A model generated the notes under the pieces. That model did no database searches, was not told the origin of the DNA, and saw nothing but the letters and a program-made list of their open reading frames with translations. From Octopus vulgaris (lineage: Eukaryota), in assembly GCA_951406725.2 (NCBI GenBank), contig OX597833.1, positions 73,098,001-73,162,000 on the forward strand: a DNA stretch of 64,000 nt. The letters run 5' to 3'. Position numbers and translations under genes: made by a program. Positions 11,901 through 27,975 of this stretch are shown piece after piece (the stretch's first letter is position 1; each line of letters begins with the position of its first letter).

Positions 11901-13796
11901 TTGGGGGGGGGGAGGATTATGTGGACTGTTGTTGTTATTGTTTTTGTCTAGGTTGCTAAACTGTTCATTAAACAAAACTCCCTTATTTATCCTTTCTCCA
12001 TCTAAGCTGTAGGGGGGGGGGGGGGCAGAGATGAGTTAGGTCTGCTCTCCCTGTCATTGGTTGCTGTTTTAGTACTGGTTGCTTTTTATTGGGAACTAAC
12101 AGACATATGAACAGATAGACACACACACACACACACTGGATCTGTCTCTCTACATTGTGTGTATGTGTGTGTGTGTGTGCGCGCATACATGCACAGAGAA
12201 AAAGAAAGAAAGATGTAGACAAATAAAAGATATTGATAAACTGACACACGCCAGTGCTTCACAATCCTTTACTGTGGTCATCCATTTTTGACAAATCAAT
12301 AACCATGTTTGACACTTTTCTTTTGGCTGCTCTTAACATTCCATACATTTCTCATACTAATATTTGTTAGTTTTTGTTTACATTAAATGTTGTGTTGTGG
12401 CCCTTATGCCTTTCATGGCTGATTGTACAGCATGTTTATGAATATTTGATATTTTATGAAATATTTCAAAAGCGTAAGATTTTTGTCTTCATAGCTCTCT
12501 CAGAATTGTGTCCAGCCAAATTCCATGGCTATTTTGAAAACTATAAAATTGTTGAGTTTTGAATTTGTATGTTTTCCTAAAGTATTTGATTATTAAAATG
12601 GCATAAGTTCCACATTGGTAGCAGTGAAGGAGAGAATATCCTTTAAAACTCTATTATTTACCTTATACTTGCCATCTCTTCTCCTTCATGAGTTACAGAA
12701 TTATTGAAGTCAAGTGAATGCACCCTAAGAAGAGCCCTATACAATTGTGTAGTGAAGAAACACTGGTTCCCTTCTCTTTGCCTTTTCATTGGAATTATAA
12801 GGATTATACAACAAAAGCTTTAAACACCCTTAACTATGGAATGCAATTAAAGACCCAAACCACACTATTCTGCCATGGTACAACTGTGTTGGTGTTGCTT
12901 TGACAGATCAGAATAGACCCTACTCATCCCCGTTTTTATATTTGAAACAGAAATGCATAAAACATGATTTGAACCCCTGGTTTTTGTGACCAAATCACTG
13001 TTGCTGCCCAACTGAGCTGTGGATTCTTAACCAAAAATATGACTGTGTGGATACAGGTTCTTTGAGGAAGTTGAGCAACTGCATAGTGATGCTTTTCAAA
13101 GTGGGTAGTACTATACACTGTCAGTGGAAAAATTTATATGGATCCTGGGACAAATTGGGCAGGAGAAGATGACAAATACGTGTGTCCTGTTTCTCCTTTT
13201 TTTCTTTGTGTAGTCTTTGCCTCCTGTTTATATATTAACTTTCAAAAGAAATCAAAATTATAAACTGTTAGTTACAAGAATGATGACAACATTATCAATG
13301 ATAAGACTTTGTAATTTTAAATCATAAATGAAGCTGAATGCATCCCATTTACATGCATAAATTATGGTACCTTGGGCCGTAGTCTAAACGAAGCCTTGAG
13401 AGCAGATCTGGTAGATTTAACTTCAGTCTCCCATGCAAGTTGGACTGGACAGAATTCATCTTCTTTGGCATGGGGAACTTCTATTTTGCATGCTAGCATG
13501 GATTGGACCGTTTGACAGGATCTGATGGGTTGGAGCACTGCATCATGGCAAGGTTTCTAAGGCTTCCATTTTACATACGTGTATGTGTAAAAATGGTTTC
13601 TGATTTCAGAAGTAGAGGGCATTAACTGATTCCATGAACTCCTTTCCTCAACTGGTGATTCACTTCTTCAGTTTATTGTTGACGAAAGCTAAAAGTTCAC
13701 TTTCAGAATGTAAAAAGCCAAAATAAATTACACAGCCTTTTTTTTTTTTTTTTTTTTTTTTTTGCTCTAATGATTTTGCTAGCTTTTATGTATGTA

Positions 13797-13838
<42 letters not shown>

Positions 13839-16293
13839 ATGATTCTATATTTACATAGCATATTTCATTTACTGTACCCTAACACATCAGTTGTCTGTAA
13901 GGTTATACAATTTTTGAGTCGGTAACATCTGGGTTATTTTTTTTTTATCTTAAATATTAAAAAACAAAACAAAAAGCTTCTGTCTAAATTTCAGAGGGAA
14001 AAAACTCAGTTTTCATTTAAATTGATTTTGCATCAAACCCAAATGTCCTAAATCTCATTTCCTGCTACTTGAATAGTTTATTTATTTATTGCTCTCTTTT
14101 TGGGGTTAGAAATAATTATTATTCAATTTAAAGAATGGGGCCTTGTTTTGCCTTGGGGCCTTCAGCTCTGTTGTATCATAAAGTCTATCTTGGGTAATAT
14201 TATGTCTCACAGATACCATTCATCTCTAGTCACCACAAAGGATTTTTTAGAAAGGAGAGAAAGAGAGGGAAGAAGAGAAGAAATGGATATAGAACTGGTA
14301 TTTCATTTATTGATGTTGAAAGAATGAAAGACACACTTAATTCCATTGTATTTGAACTCAGGATGTTGAGTGCCAGAAACTGTACTGCTTGGCAATCTCT
14401 CCAACACTTTACCCACCTAACCCTAGCTCTGTGTTGAAAGAGATGAGATTTCAAATCCACTTAAAGTGTAGTCTTCTGTATTGTATTTATCTGAAAGACT
14501 TTTTTTTTTCTGCCATTGTTTATATTTAGCTTTATTGCAGATCAAAAGAGTACAAGTTCAAATCCAGTGAAAGTCTGCCATATCATTGTTTCTTTTCCCT
14601 CCCACCCTCCATAAGAGATGTTTCAACACCTTTATAATTCATCAGAACAGTTAATGAATAATTTCATTCCTGTTCAGACACCGTTCTTGTTGATCCAGGG
14701 ATAGCTTTGACTGAAGTGATACAACCAGCTTATTGCAATATTGCTGTGTCTCTGTCCTCTTAACTCAATCGACCTGGCATGTTGTGAAAGGGGAAGTTGT
14801 TCTCCACTGTTAAAATACATCAGTGATTAGCATTTTCATGTTCAGATGTGCCAGAGTATATTATCAGTGCACGCCTGCTTCATCGTTTTGATTCCCACTC
14901 TCCTCTCTGTCCATCATGATTGACTTATTTATCATATTTACATAATATATATTATTAGCAAATTCGAGTGAGGGTTAAACTTTTTCCGAATTGCCCATAT
15001 AAACCATGGTTGTACAGGAAAAGAAATAAATTTAGCAAACTTGAGGAATGAACAGACATCTATGGTCCATCAAACTCAATTGGATTGCTCTCTCATGAGG
15101 CTTCACACATTAGCACATCCACAACACTTTCCTTCATTTTGTTCTTTACAATAAATAATCACTTCTACAGGAATACAACACTTTCATATGTTGCCTCTTT
15201 GTCCAAGGCACTCTTTCAATTTTGTTTTCATTTTGTTGGATGCTGGCAGTATGAGATGCTTTTTGTTTCCCACCAACAGCTAATGTTTTCAGAGGACATC
15301 ACTTCAGAAGATTAGATTAGCTTCATAACATGCTACAGCATTCATCCTATCATTAACTCTACAATGATCGTCTGTGACAGTCTGGGCTCCATAAATGAGG
15401 CATAGTCTATCAAGGGCCATATTGTCTACCATTTTTAAGATGGTGAAGTATAAGTTCTGGGAGATTCCCATCTGTTTCTAGAAGAGTGAAAGGTAATGTG
15501 TGTTGTGAACTTTCTAGAATAAAGTTCCTGATTATGAATTGTGCAAATGTTGTTGCTTAGCAACTCAGCCAGCCCCGATCTTCAGTTGCTATGCCTCCTT
15601 TCTTTATATCTCTATCTTTGTCTCTCTTCTTATGCCTCTCTCTCTCTCTCTCTCTCTGCATCTTTCTTTGTCTTTCTCTTTCTAGCCTATTTGTCTTTCC
15701 TTCACCATCTCTCTTGAGTCCTCCACATTATGGAAATGTTTCTGATTTATTAATTTATATAACTGAGAAAAAAGAACATGAGGATGAAAACCCTTCAAGA
15801 TAAGGATATTCCCATTCCTAAACTGAAACATCCAACTTTATTTATTTGTAAAAAGAAGGAAACAGAGCAAATTGTAGAAGAATTTCATTTGCTCCATAAC
15901 TTGCTGGCCATCAACGTTACTTTATTAATCTTTGTTTTTCTTTCTCTTCCCTTTTTATTCCAGGGTCCACAAATTTGATGGACACCCTTGATGACCTGCC
16001 ACCAGGAATAGGACAGTATGATGATTTCCACACCATTGACTGGTTGCGTGACATTGCACGGGACCGCATGCGACATCGCAACATCATCAAGAGAAAAGCC
16101 GAAGGATTGTGGGAGAAGATCAAGAGTGCTCACGACGCATGGTCAGGCTGGGTTTGTGTGCTGCTAGTTGGAGTGGCTGCCGGTCAGTTCTCGAAAATCT
16201 TCTAAACTTTTACAATGTTTATTTTCTCTTGTTTTCTGTCATTTCTTTTACTTTGTTTTTGGCTACCTAAGTGTGTGTGTGTGAACGTTTTAA

Positions 16294-16330
<37 letters not shown>

Positions 16331-16532
16331 TAGATAAGAAAGTTGGTTTAGAACTCTTCTCAACATAAACATAACGACGTAAGAAATTTGAAAAGCTAAA
16401 CGCGAAACTGGTCTTCTAAACTATGTCATTGTAAGAAAAAAATTTATAATATTCTTCAGACATATTGACTTAAATATATATTCTTTAACCTTTTAAAACA
16501 AGCCTTCTGTAGTTTTTTCACTTTTTACTATT

Positions 16533-16571
<39 letters not shown>

Positions 16572-16652
16572 CACTTGCTAATATCAAGCAGTGAGAATGT
16601 GTGCTCACAACCATATTAGTAGATAATCCAAAAATATAAAAAAAGAAAAATG

Positions 16653-16693
<41 letters not shown>

Positions 16694-19600
16694 CTGTATG
16701 GTTAAGAAGTTTGTTTCCTATTCATATGGCTTTGGGCTCAGTCTCACTGCATGGTACCTCGGACAAGTGTCTTCTGTGATAGCCCCAAGTCAACCAAAAC
16801 CTTGTGAATGTTTGTGTGTGTTTGTTTGTTGTTGTCTCCTTGTCATGACATTACTTAACGATAGTAAATAAGGATCACTATCAAACAAGTACTGCCCTTC
16901 ACTTCCAATCCTCTATGAAAACATGTCCAGCCAAGGGGAAATATAACTTTGGAGCTGAATTCCCATTTTATTTCTCCTCTCACCATCTTCAACATGGTGA
17001 AACAGTGATTGTCCATTTGGAAAACCTACAACCAAAGCTATAAAAGCTATAAAAATCTTACACTTTATTAGAATTAAGTTACTCTACACAGTAATGACAT
17101 ATGGATCTTTATATATATATATATACTATATACATACATACATACATATATATATATATATCTTAATAATACTAAAACTCTAAGAGTTGTTTGTGTGTAC
17201 CTGAAATCTCTGAGAAATAGTATATTTTACCTTAATTGCTTTTGCATATTTATTTTCATACTTACCTTCGGCAGTGCAGTTCAAGTATTTGATGATATTT
17301 GAACCTCTATTTATTAATCATCATCATCATCATCATCGTTTAACATCTGCTTTCCATGCTAGCATGGGTTGGACGATTTTGACTGAGGGCTGGCGAACCA
17401 GATGACTGCACCAGGCTCCAAACTTGATCTGGCAGAGTTTCTACAGCTGGATGCCCTTCCTAATGCCAACCACTCCAAGAGTGTAGTGGGTGCTTTTACG
17501 TACCACTGGCACAAGGGCAGTACTGGCAGTACTAGCAACGACCTCGCTCAAATCTTTTACACATGCTACCGGCACAGGTGCCAGTAAGGTGATGCTGTTA
17601 ACGATCTCGCTCGAATGGTGTCTTTTACGTGCCACTGGCACGGAGGCCAGATAGCCACTCTGGCAACGATCACACTCGAATGGTGCTCTTAACACCCTAC
17701 TAGCATGGGGCTCGAGTGCCAGTAAGGTGACGCTGGTAACGATCACACTCGAATGGTGCCTTTTATGTGCCACTGGCACATAAGCCGGTGAGCCACTCTG
17801 TCAATGGTCACACTCGTATGGTGCTCTTTGCATCCTGCTAGCACGGACGCCAGTCATCGAATTTGATTTTGATTTCACTTGTCTCAACAGGTCTTCACAA
17901 CCAGAGTTTTAGTGTCCAAAGAAGGAAAAGGTACGCATAAGTGGGCTGGTTACGCCCCTGGCATAGGCCACGAGATTAATGAAAACGATTAAACACAATT
18001 TTTGTTTGTTATTTCTTGATGAAAAATCATAGCTTCTATGACATCAACACACATACATATAATGAATGTCATGGCAAGTCAACATAAACACACATCCACA
18101 ATCTGTGACATATACATACACATAGTCTTCACACTCTAAGAAAAAAACAAGTTGACTTTTTAACGTACGCAATATTTTAATCATTTGGAATCATTTTTAA
18201 GTGAATGTGATTTCCAAAATGTAAGTTGCTTGTACAGTAATTATTTATATTTTAGCTTTCTTTAAACAGACAATATTTCAATGTCTTTTTTAATTATTTT
18301 CAAGTGAAAGATGTATGTATGTGTATATGAAATGGACGTGTGTGTGTGTGAAAGAGAGAGAGAAAGAGAAAAAGATAAAGTGAGTGAATGAAACAGGTGT
18401 GTTGTCATATATATATACATACATCAATACATATACATACATCTTTTTTGTATATACATGTGTATGTGTGAGAGAGAGAATGAATGAGTGGACATATGTG
18501 TTCTCATGTATAAGTGGTACTCTCTCTCTCTCTCTCTCTCTCTCAGACACACACACATGTCCATTTCATATACAACTTCATACATCTTTCACTTTAAAAC
18601 AAAAGTAAAATAAATTTTTACAATAATTAATGAACAAAATCAGTTCTGAGAGTCAAAGCGAAAGATCGCCCCTAGGGAATATACCTTTGCAAAAAATTTT
18701 TTGAGTGCATTCAACATATTTGGCTGCTATTTCTAGCACACCCTGCTACCACATAACAGCTATTTGCGATAAAGGACCCGAAATACCTGTTACATGGTAG
18801 CAGGGTGTGCAAGAAATAGCAGCCAAATCTTTCCTTTTCTGGGGAAAGGAGCTGTTTATGCATGATTTCAATGTCACATTTGTTGAAAGCATGCAAAATA
18901 ACCTGGAAAAGAAAAAAAAACCACCAAACAAAACTCTGTTGCTGGGGAACTCAGACTTTCCAGGTGACCCATCATGTTGTGGGTAGTTTAGCATCTATCT
19001 ATCTATGTATATATTTATATATATATGTGTGTATGTGTATATATAGCTGCTTCCAGTTCTCCTCCTGGCTTTTTGTTGATTGACAAGAAGATTATTTTCT
19101 CATTTGGTGGGGGTTGGGAGAGGAAGGGCATCATCTGGCCAGAGAAAAATTGCCTCAGTAAACTCTGTCCAACTCGGGCAAGCATAGGATAGTAAATATC
19201 AAATGATGATGATGATGTTGATTGTTTAAAAATCATTAATTATGCTAAAAGGAATCATGATTATAAAACAAACAAACAAACAATAACAGGAGTAATGCGT
19301 AACACACTCACACACACACAACAAACACATTTCAGGTAATTTTTTATTTTTATTAGTTTAAAAATAAATTTATGATTTTTATCAAAACCATTTTAAAACA
19401 TCTTTCAAGTATTTCCCTGGCCCCACCCTGCCTGGGTCCATCGTTCAATGAGTGCTGTTGTTGTTGTTGTAAAGTCCTGTCTTAAAAAGAGTACTTTCTG
19501 TCCAAGCTAGTCCTAAGATGAAGTCAGGCAGCTGTGTAGTAGACTTAATCCATTTCTTGGGTTTTGTGGGGTTACTATAGTAACCTTCTGTTCGTGGTTT

Positions 19601-21013
19601 GATTGCCTTGGTTCCTACATTTGCCCAATCTCTTTGATTGCTACCATGACCAACCTGCCTATTATTTAGACACAGTACATCCAGGACCATTTTGTCCAAT
19701 GTATTTTTCATTTTCGTGGGATGTGAGGGAGATTTGGTTGCTTTTTCTAGCAATGAACAACACCATTGTGGCTTCTACACTGGTTCTATGTCAGTAGATT
19801 TATGATAAATTTTTTTTAGTCTTAACTGGTCAGTGTAACCAAACAAACCTCCAACAACAGACCCCTACTGTTTTAGAAGAGGTTCCATAGCTTTCTATGT
19901 GAATGTTTTCCCTACAAAAGTTTAAAACTTCCCTTAAAGTTAAAAAGGATCAACAAGAAACTCCTCTGACCTTATTCCTGGTTCTCTGTGGTAGGAAAGA
20001 TGGAAATTGTCCTTCATTAGTGACCCGGTCTGAATACTTGCAACAGACTGACCAGGTGGTGGTGAAAGGATATGTTTACCATGGAGATGTTTGACCTTAA
20101 TGTGCAACCAAACTCACCATTTGAGAAACACCCTTATGTCCTTAAAAATAGAGACTGGATCCCCTTAAAATTTGAATCCAACATAATTCATGAATAAAGA
20201 GCAGCAGTGGGAGGAAGGGAGCAGCTAAATAATGAAGTCTAAGCTAGACTGCTACAGCTGGCCAGTTCCACACAGAGAGGCTTGACAAAGTGATTAAGAA
20301 GTTTGCTTTGTGATCATAAGGTGCAAAGTTCAATCTCACTGTATGGCATCTTGAAGACGTGTTTGTTACCCTAGCCTTGAATCAACCCAAACCTTGTAAA
20401 AAGAAAACTGGGTGGAAGCCTGTTGAATGGCTGGACTGCAGCCTGTAATGCAAAGGGCTGGCCTCGTCACACACTCTGTCCAGTTGGTTTCAGTTGGGGA
20501 TTACATAAAAAAAGAAACATGAAACGTTTCGGGAATACTCAGCCATTTAAGCAATTAATCAATTGGTCGGTCGATTGGAATGCTTAATCTTGAAAATTCA
20601 TTGTCGATGCATTTGCTTGATATTCCTTGTTGTTGGATGTCTTAGAGATGTTCCGTGGATTTGAACTGTTCACCTCTTGCATTGGCAAAAGAGAAAATTC
20701 CATTGTTTTGTATAAATTTTGAACTTGTGAAACAATGCTAAACCCATCTTGTGTGCCTCCTCGTGACCCCTACCCCACCACCCAGAATTCATCAGCCATT
20801 TTCCCTGACTCATGCTAATACTTGATAGAAGTTCTTTTTGTTTTTCCCAGGTGTGTCAGCTTTTATGTGGGATACTTTCTGGCATTTTTTCTTTTTAATG
20901 TAAAGATACATAATTATTACTTTTCATGTTTTTATGTTTCACATCAAAGGATACGATTCTACAGCTCTCTCTCCCCTCATGTTCTCTCTCTCTCTCTCTC
21001 TTTATATATATAA

Positions 21014-21050
<37 letters not shown>

Positions 21051-24000
21051 GATGGTGTGTTTGCAGACCTTGTTATTTAGTTTACATAGTATTTTTTGTA
21101 TAGAGAATCTCGTGTGAGTAATAATAACTTGTGGAGGCTGAAGCTACAAACACCTCTGAGTGAAGTTCATCTCTAGCTCTGAAATAATTTCAACTAATTT
21201 TATTTTCTTGAAAACAAAATAAACTTCTCACCTGAAGTAGTGGAGTTGTACTGGGGCCTCTATAGATTGCAGCAGGAAAACGAGTGTTGTTAAGAGGAAC
21301 TTTATGATTAGATAGAGTATCATTGCCGTGGGCAGTCCAATGGCAAGGAGCAAGTGGAAGTGCTGTACCATTATCACAAGAAGAAAAGAAAAGAAAAAGA
21401 AAATGGCTTTAGGCTCTTGATGAAAGAAAATGTTTTTAAATTCTTGAAAAAATAACTGGAGTGGGATCAGCAAATGGCTCAGAACATCTATTTTCAGGAA
21501 ATGAAAACGAGGATTTTACGCTAATCATAGACCAGCAGGTGGAGTGAGTGCATAGTCCCTGCCATCATTGGGCATGCTTAAGTTGAAGATGTCTCTGGTT
21601 AAATGCAATCAAATATTGATGTTGGTAGGGTTCAGTACAGTTTCAGTCTCTGTAATGTTTAATTGCTGCTTTTATTGTTGTTGTTGTTGTTTAACCCCAG
21701 GTCAGCTGTCCTGATCAAGCAGACGTAAGATCAAAAACATTCCAACTGTGGCTATCCAGTCTTTTCATGCAGTTCATCTCAGCCTAAGATATATAACATG
21801 TCTTTTCTTTAGACACTGAGAAGATTTGACTGCTATTACTAGCATAAAAGCTTCCTCATTGGTGGTGGTTTTAGTTCTTGTTCCAAGATTGGTGGAAAAA
21901 AAATCTCAAGTTATTTAATTTCTTTGTTCTGAGTTCAAATCCTGTAGGAAATTGATATTTATCTTTTGTCCCTTTTGGGATTGATGAAGTACCAGTAATA
22001 CACAGCGTCTGGGAAGGGTTCAACACAGATGATCGCTTTAATCAGTTGTAAATTTTTCTTCATGAACTTTTGGCCTTGTGCTTCAACACTGGATATTATT
22101 GTGGATGATGTTGTCGTCGTTGTTGTAGCTGTTGGGTGCTGGTGAAAATGGCTTCCTTACAGTCTTCCTTACAGTTGCTCTAATTGATGAGAAAATACCA
22201 CCACCATTGTTCCCTCCTACCACTTTCACCTCCAACTAGCCCCCCCCCCCCCCGCCTCCACAACAACAACAACCAACACTTCCCTCCAGCCACGACCCAC
22301 CACCCTGCAACTATTAAGTTCCCTTCAGAACTTCACATTCATAAATATATTCTGATTGTTTAGACGGGATCATGTGGCTAAATTGACAGCAGCAGCAACA
22401 ACAATAATTTTTTCTTGATGACGGTGGTGGTGGTGGTGGTGGTGGTGGCAGTGGTGGTGGTGGTGGTGGCGGTGGTGGTGGTGGTGGTGGTGGTAATTAC
22501 ACTGTAGTCCTTCTGTCATCTGGCACTGCTTTTTTTCTTCTTTGTTTCCACCTCAGCATGTGACACACACACACACACACACACACACACATCTTGGAAG
22601 TGTTAACAACAGTTATTGATCAAAAAAAGATAACCTCTGCATGCTTTCTTGCCCTGACAGAAATAACACCCAAATTTTCCTCAAATAATAATAACTAGCA
22701 GAACCAGTGAATATTTCATGCAATTAATAATAAACCTCTTGGTTATTCCTGAAATCTTCCTCCAAAAAGCCTGAAAGCGTAGCCTGTGTTGTGTTTGTAT
22801 CAAAAGAGAGTCACTCATCTGCTGTTCATTGAAAAGTGAAGGAAATTGGAACAAGATGATTACTTAATGCACTTTCTATACTTTATGCACAATTTTATTG
22901 ACTTAGTACACAGCACTCATAAAATATATATTCACTCTTATTTTTCCATTTTCCCCATAAACAGAAAAAATTACATTTTAAAATATACGTATTCACAATT
23001 TCATATCTAGAAAACAAAAATTTTATAATAAAAAATATTAATTTTGTAAAATATGGGGGTCACAATTTTACAGGGGTAAAAATTAAAGCAATGTGACATA
23101 CTCTGAAAACCCCATCAATAAGTGAAGGTGATGGTTCAGAGCCAATCCATATTTCATTTTGCATCCACCTTTCAATCCAATTCTTCTCTGCAGACCCTGT
23201 TCTTTGTGCAAGTTCTCCCTCTTCTTTACCCTTGTTTGTCAGTGTTGATAACTTTGTCTCACATCAATTTGTGAGCCCTTGAGAATGCAACATATAGCTG
23301 ATTATGGCTAAATACAGGTTCAGCCAAGGACAGCCCCACTTATCAAATGTCTGCCCTTGTGATTTATTGGTAGTCATTGCATATGACAGGCAAATGGGAA
23401 ACTGTTTTCTTTCTAAAGTGAATGGCAACTTTGGGATGCTCATGTGTTTAGTGATGACATAAAAAGTTCAGTTTAAAAAGAATTACTTTCCACTATGTAC
23501 TCAACATCACCACCACCACCACCACTTATTTTTTTCCTCTCTGCCTTTCTCTATTCTCACCATCAGAACATCACCCTTCTGCTAAAATTATATTCCTAAC
23601 TCTCTATGTCACTACTTTCAACTAACTTTTTTAACCACGTAACATCACATTCTCCCCATCACATGTCATGGATGCTTCTCTCTCCTTGTTTTTCTTTCTC
23701 CTCTTTTTCTCTCTCCCTTTTCTTTCTCTTATTCTCTCCCTTCAACTAGTCATGTGAAAGCATTACAATTATGTTCTCTCTACCTCACATCATGGCTGCT
23801 TCTCCCTCCCTCTTTTTCTCCCCCCCCCCTCTTTTGCTCTGATTATGTGAAATCATTACCAATGGGCTAATTAACATTATGACAAGTGGAATTATGATAA
23901 TGATCCTTTCTACTATAAGCACAAGGCCTGGCATTCTGGTGGAGAGGTTCAGTTGATTACAACAACCCCAGTAATTAACTGGTAGTTATTTTATCGACCC

Positions 24001-24118
24001 TGAAAGGATGAAAGGCAAAATTAACCCCAGCGGAAATTGAACTCAGAACAAAGCAGCTGACAAAATATGGCTAAGCATTTCACTTGGTGTGCTAACGATT
24101 CTGTCAGCTTGCTACCTC

Positions 24119-24151
<33 letters not shown>

Positions 24152-27100
24152 CCTTTCTACTATAGGTACAAAGGTTGAAATTCTGGGAGAGGAGTAATTT
24201 GATTCCATCAACTTCCAGCGCTCAACTAGTATTTATTTCAGTAACCCCAAAAGGATGAAAGGCAATGTCAACCTTTTCAGAATTTGAACTCAGAATGTAA
24301 AGGCAGACGAAATGCTACTAAGCACTCTGCCCAATGTGCAAGCTTGCTGTGTGTATAGAGTGAGTGCAGTAAAGCTTGTTGAAAAGGGGTCAATGAGGGG
24401 ACAGAAAGCAGCAAGAAGCCCAGAACGAAAGCCAAACACAGAAATAGATAAGACAGAAGACAAGAAGACAGGAAGCTGGGCCATAAAAAAAGGCTATAAA
24501 GAAGAAAGGAGATAGATAGGTAGGGGGAGAAGTAGTGTGGGTGGATTTGGGGAAGGAGGGAACTTTTAAAGGCTGTAGTGTCCTGACAATTAGCAACTAA
24601 TGTGGGGGGGGGGATAGTTTATTCCAGGTTTTGACAATTCTGTAAAAACATGTTTTAAAAAGTTATGAGTGCTCTGCTACTCTTTCATTTTATAAATGCC
24701 ACATTTACATTTTAAAGAATCAGGGAAGACCATATTTAATAATAATAATGAAATTATTGTGTACAGTGCTCAGGTGCACTCTACCACTCATCAGAGGTGC
24801 ATGTACAGTACACAGAATGATGTACAAAAGTCAGGAAAGTGAACGTGTCCTGATATACATGTGTGCATGCATATGGAGGGGGGTATCAGGTGTAGTGTTG
24901 GCGAATTTCAGGAAACATGGAGGTTTTAAAGGATGCAATGTCTCAGCAACTAACAACTGATGCAGGTAGTTTGTTCCATGCTTCAGCAACTCGGAGCGTG
25001 AAAAAATGTTTCCAAAAGTCATGGGAGCTGTGCTGTTTTCTGATTTTGTAGGCATGCCCACATGTGTTAGACACATGGAGCTCAAAAAGGTGCTCAAGGT
25101 GGTTGTTGACTTGATGGTCAATAATTTTGTGAATGTTTACCAAGTCAGTTGCCAGAAGTCAGAGCTTCACTGTATCTATGCCCAGGGAAGCAAGGCATCC
25201 AGAGTATGGTAGATGCCTGAATGAGGGTATTCGCTTGGTTGCACGTCTCTGAACAGTTTCCAGGAGGTCAGTGTTCTGAGCAAGATAGGAGTTCCATACT
25301 GGCGATGCAAATTCCAAGTGTGACCACAGCATAGCCATATACAGCATTGAATAGATAGTTGGAGAGCAGCTGACAAAGATCTTGCTGAGTGATGCCAAGA
25401 CATTCTCGGCCTTCTTCACAATTTAGGGATGGGCTTTGTCCAGCACAAATCATTGCTGACAGCAATGTCCAGGTCACATTCACAAGAAGACTTCTTGTTA
25501 TTAGTGTTGTGGAGAGAATACTGCAAAAACCTATGTAATTTACACCCTTTTTTTTCACAAAAATAAAAATAAACTTTAGCGGGTGCATAAATTATATGAG
25601 TAGATCATTTCCAGAATTATTTTTGAAATTTTTTTTGTTGAAAAAGTCGTACAAAAAGTAAGCATTTGTACCAGAAGTTAACTCATTTAATGTCAGAATA
25701 AGTTTTTACAGAAAAAAATAATGGCTTAAGTACATATAGTGAAGTTGACTTTTATTTATGCTGGATGGTATAATGCTTAAGTTTTCTGTATAAATTTACT
25801 AAAACCATTAAATGGTTAATTACTTTTTGAAGTCTGATGTTCATGCTCGTAAACACAATCCGGGCCATATTTTACATTGCTTGGAGTTTCTACCTATCGC
25901 AATTCATCACCACTGACATACATAGTGATATGGATATTCCTGACTGGAAAAAGATGTAATGATATGGATAATCTTGATTGTATGGTTTTATTTTTGTCTC
26001 TTCATTACCAGGCACAGTTTTAAGTTTGTCCTACTGTTTCTGCCAATTTCAAACATTGGCTTCATTAACATTAAAATGCCTTCCAGCAGCTCTATTTCCA
26101 CATCCAAATGCTTATTCAACATATTTAATTTCTCCTTTGCAGTAAACGATTCACAAGTTCTGCCCATTCTGACAATAACGGTAATGACAAATTTTAAAGT
26201 TTGCTTGACATTTTACAAGTGTGATAGGGATCAAAATTTCAATACTCCAAATCAAAGATTCTGACAAGGATAGGCAGAAAAGAATCCTGTTTACATAATC
26301 AGTTTGATCGGTTACCTTCCTCTGTCGGTTGAGTAAAGTGTCATCCAAGACGATGTTTATTGGTAATTAAACTTAATTTGCAACACCTGTGCATATTTAT
26401 CAGCTTTGTTTTTGTTGGTAATTCTTATCAACAACTTTTCCTGTGATCATGATTTGAGAAGACATACAGCAGTAAGCTAAAGATCGGACATAATCTCTTG
26501 TGGGCAAGAAATGTGAAATAAAGTTTATGATAAACAACACAAACACTTTGTAATTTAATAGCTTTCAATGTGATACCTGTTAAGCAGAAAATATTTTTAT
26601 TTAATGAAAATTTAATAAAATCTGATCATGAGCAAGTGAAATTATGCTAAATACAACTAAATTAAAAACCTTTTTCCCCTGGCTATATCAGCAATTCTGA
26701 ATTTTACATGAGTAGAAGCTTTTTTTAGCAAATTTTATCCTGAAAATCACCTGCATAAATTCCACAGGTGTGCAAATTTCATGGGTTTTTATGATATGCG
26801 GATGCTGTGTTTTTCCTCCCAGAATTCATAGTTGTACACTTGTCCACAGCCAGCTTGAGTTACCAGTCCATGATCCATTGTTGCATTGTGTCCAGGTTCA
26901 ATTGTAGGAAAGATCTATTGTGTTTAGGATCTGTCCTTTTTATCTCAAGGTACACCTTGATATCATCTGCATATTTTAGCACTGTGGCTTTCTTTAAGTT
27001 GGTATCTATGTCATTGTGTGCAGCAAACAAAAAGGGACCAAGAACAGATCCCTGCACTACACCAGATGACATCTCATTGGGTGAAGAATGCTGTCTTGGA

Positions 27101-27935
27101 ACCATGACCTCTTTTCGATTGAGAATGACAGACTCCAACCAGTTAAAACGATCATCTTTCACACCCATTGCAGAGAGTTTTGCCATAAGCCTTTTGTGTG
27201 GCACAGAATTAAAAGCTTTAGCAAAGTCAAAGTAAGCAACATCCACCCATGGCCTGAGTGGTGTCTTCAAGAAACTCGATAAGTTGATCACAGCAGCTGG
27301 AGTTTGGAATAAATCCAAATTGCAATGGCCAGATAAAGCTGTGAGAATTCCAAGAGATCCAAAATGTTTCACTGCCACAGGATTCCATCAGTTTGGCAAT
27401 GCAGCTAGTAAGACTGACCAGACGATAGTTTACAGGCGATATGAGATCACTGTTTTTGAACAGAGGAATGACACTGGCAGTTTTCCACTGCTCCGGAGTA
27501 GCACCATTAAGACAGAACTGAAAGAAGAGTGAAAGCTGGTGCAGAAGAAAGTAGCCACCAGGTTTGAGAAGCAGGTATGCAACACCATCAAGACCAGGAG
27601 AGGCAGAGTAGCATGTATTCCTAAGGTGATGTCACAGGATTTGGTGTCAGAGGCGGTAGAGACTGTACATTTTGGTTTTCAACGGTAAAAATGCCTGCAT
27701 AGCATTCAGCAATGAGTTCTGCACATTCTTTGGGATCATCAGTAATCTAGCCTTTGTGGGGATTGTGAAGGGGACCAACTGGAGAGTATGCGTGTGTGTG
27801 TGTCTATTCAGTTGTAAAGTTGCATAAGTGAGTGAAAAAGCTGACAGTTTCATGCAAACAAACAAAATTTTGATGAGTGCAGTGTATGGAACCCTCAGCC
27901 CTTGAGTTACTTATGTAACTTTACAGCCAAGTAAG

Positions 27936-27975
<40 letters not shown>

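Noticed and set aside
20841-20903. Acceptor tttttcccag followed by GVSA, resembling the start of exon 3 (possible mutually exclusive exon)
   Set aside because: The frame hits TAA after about 17 codons, similarity does not continue and there is no good donor.
21101-21119. tag-agaatctcgt-gtgagt possible microexon
   Set aside because: 8 or 10 nt, not frame-preserving, with a weak pyrimidine tract.
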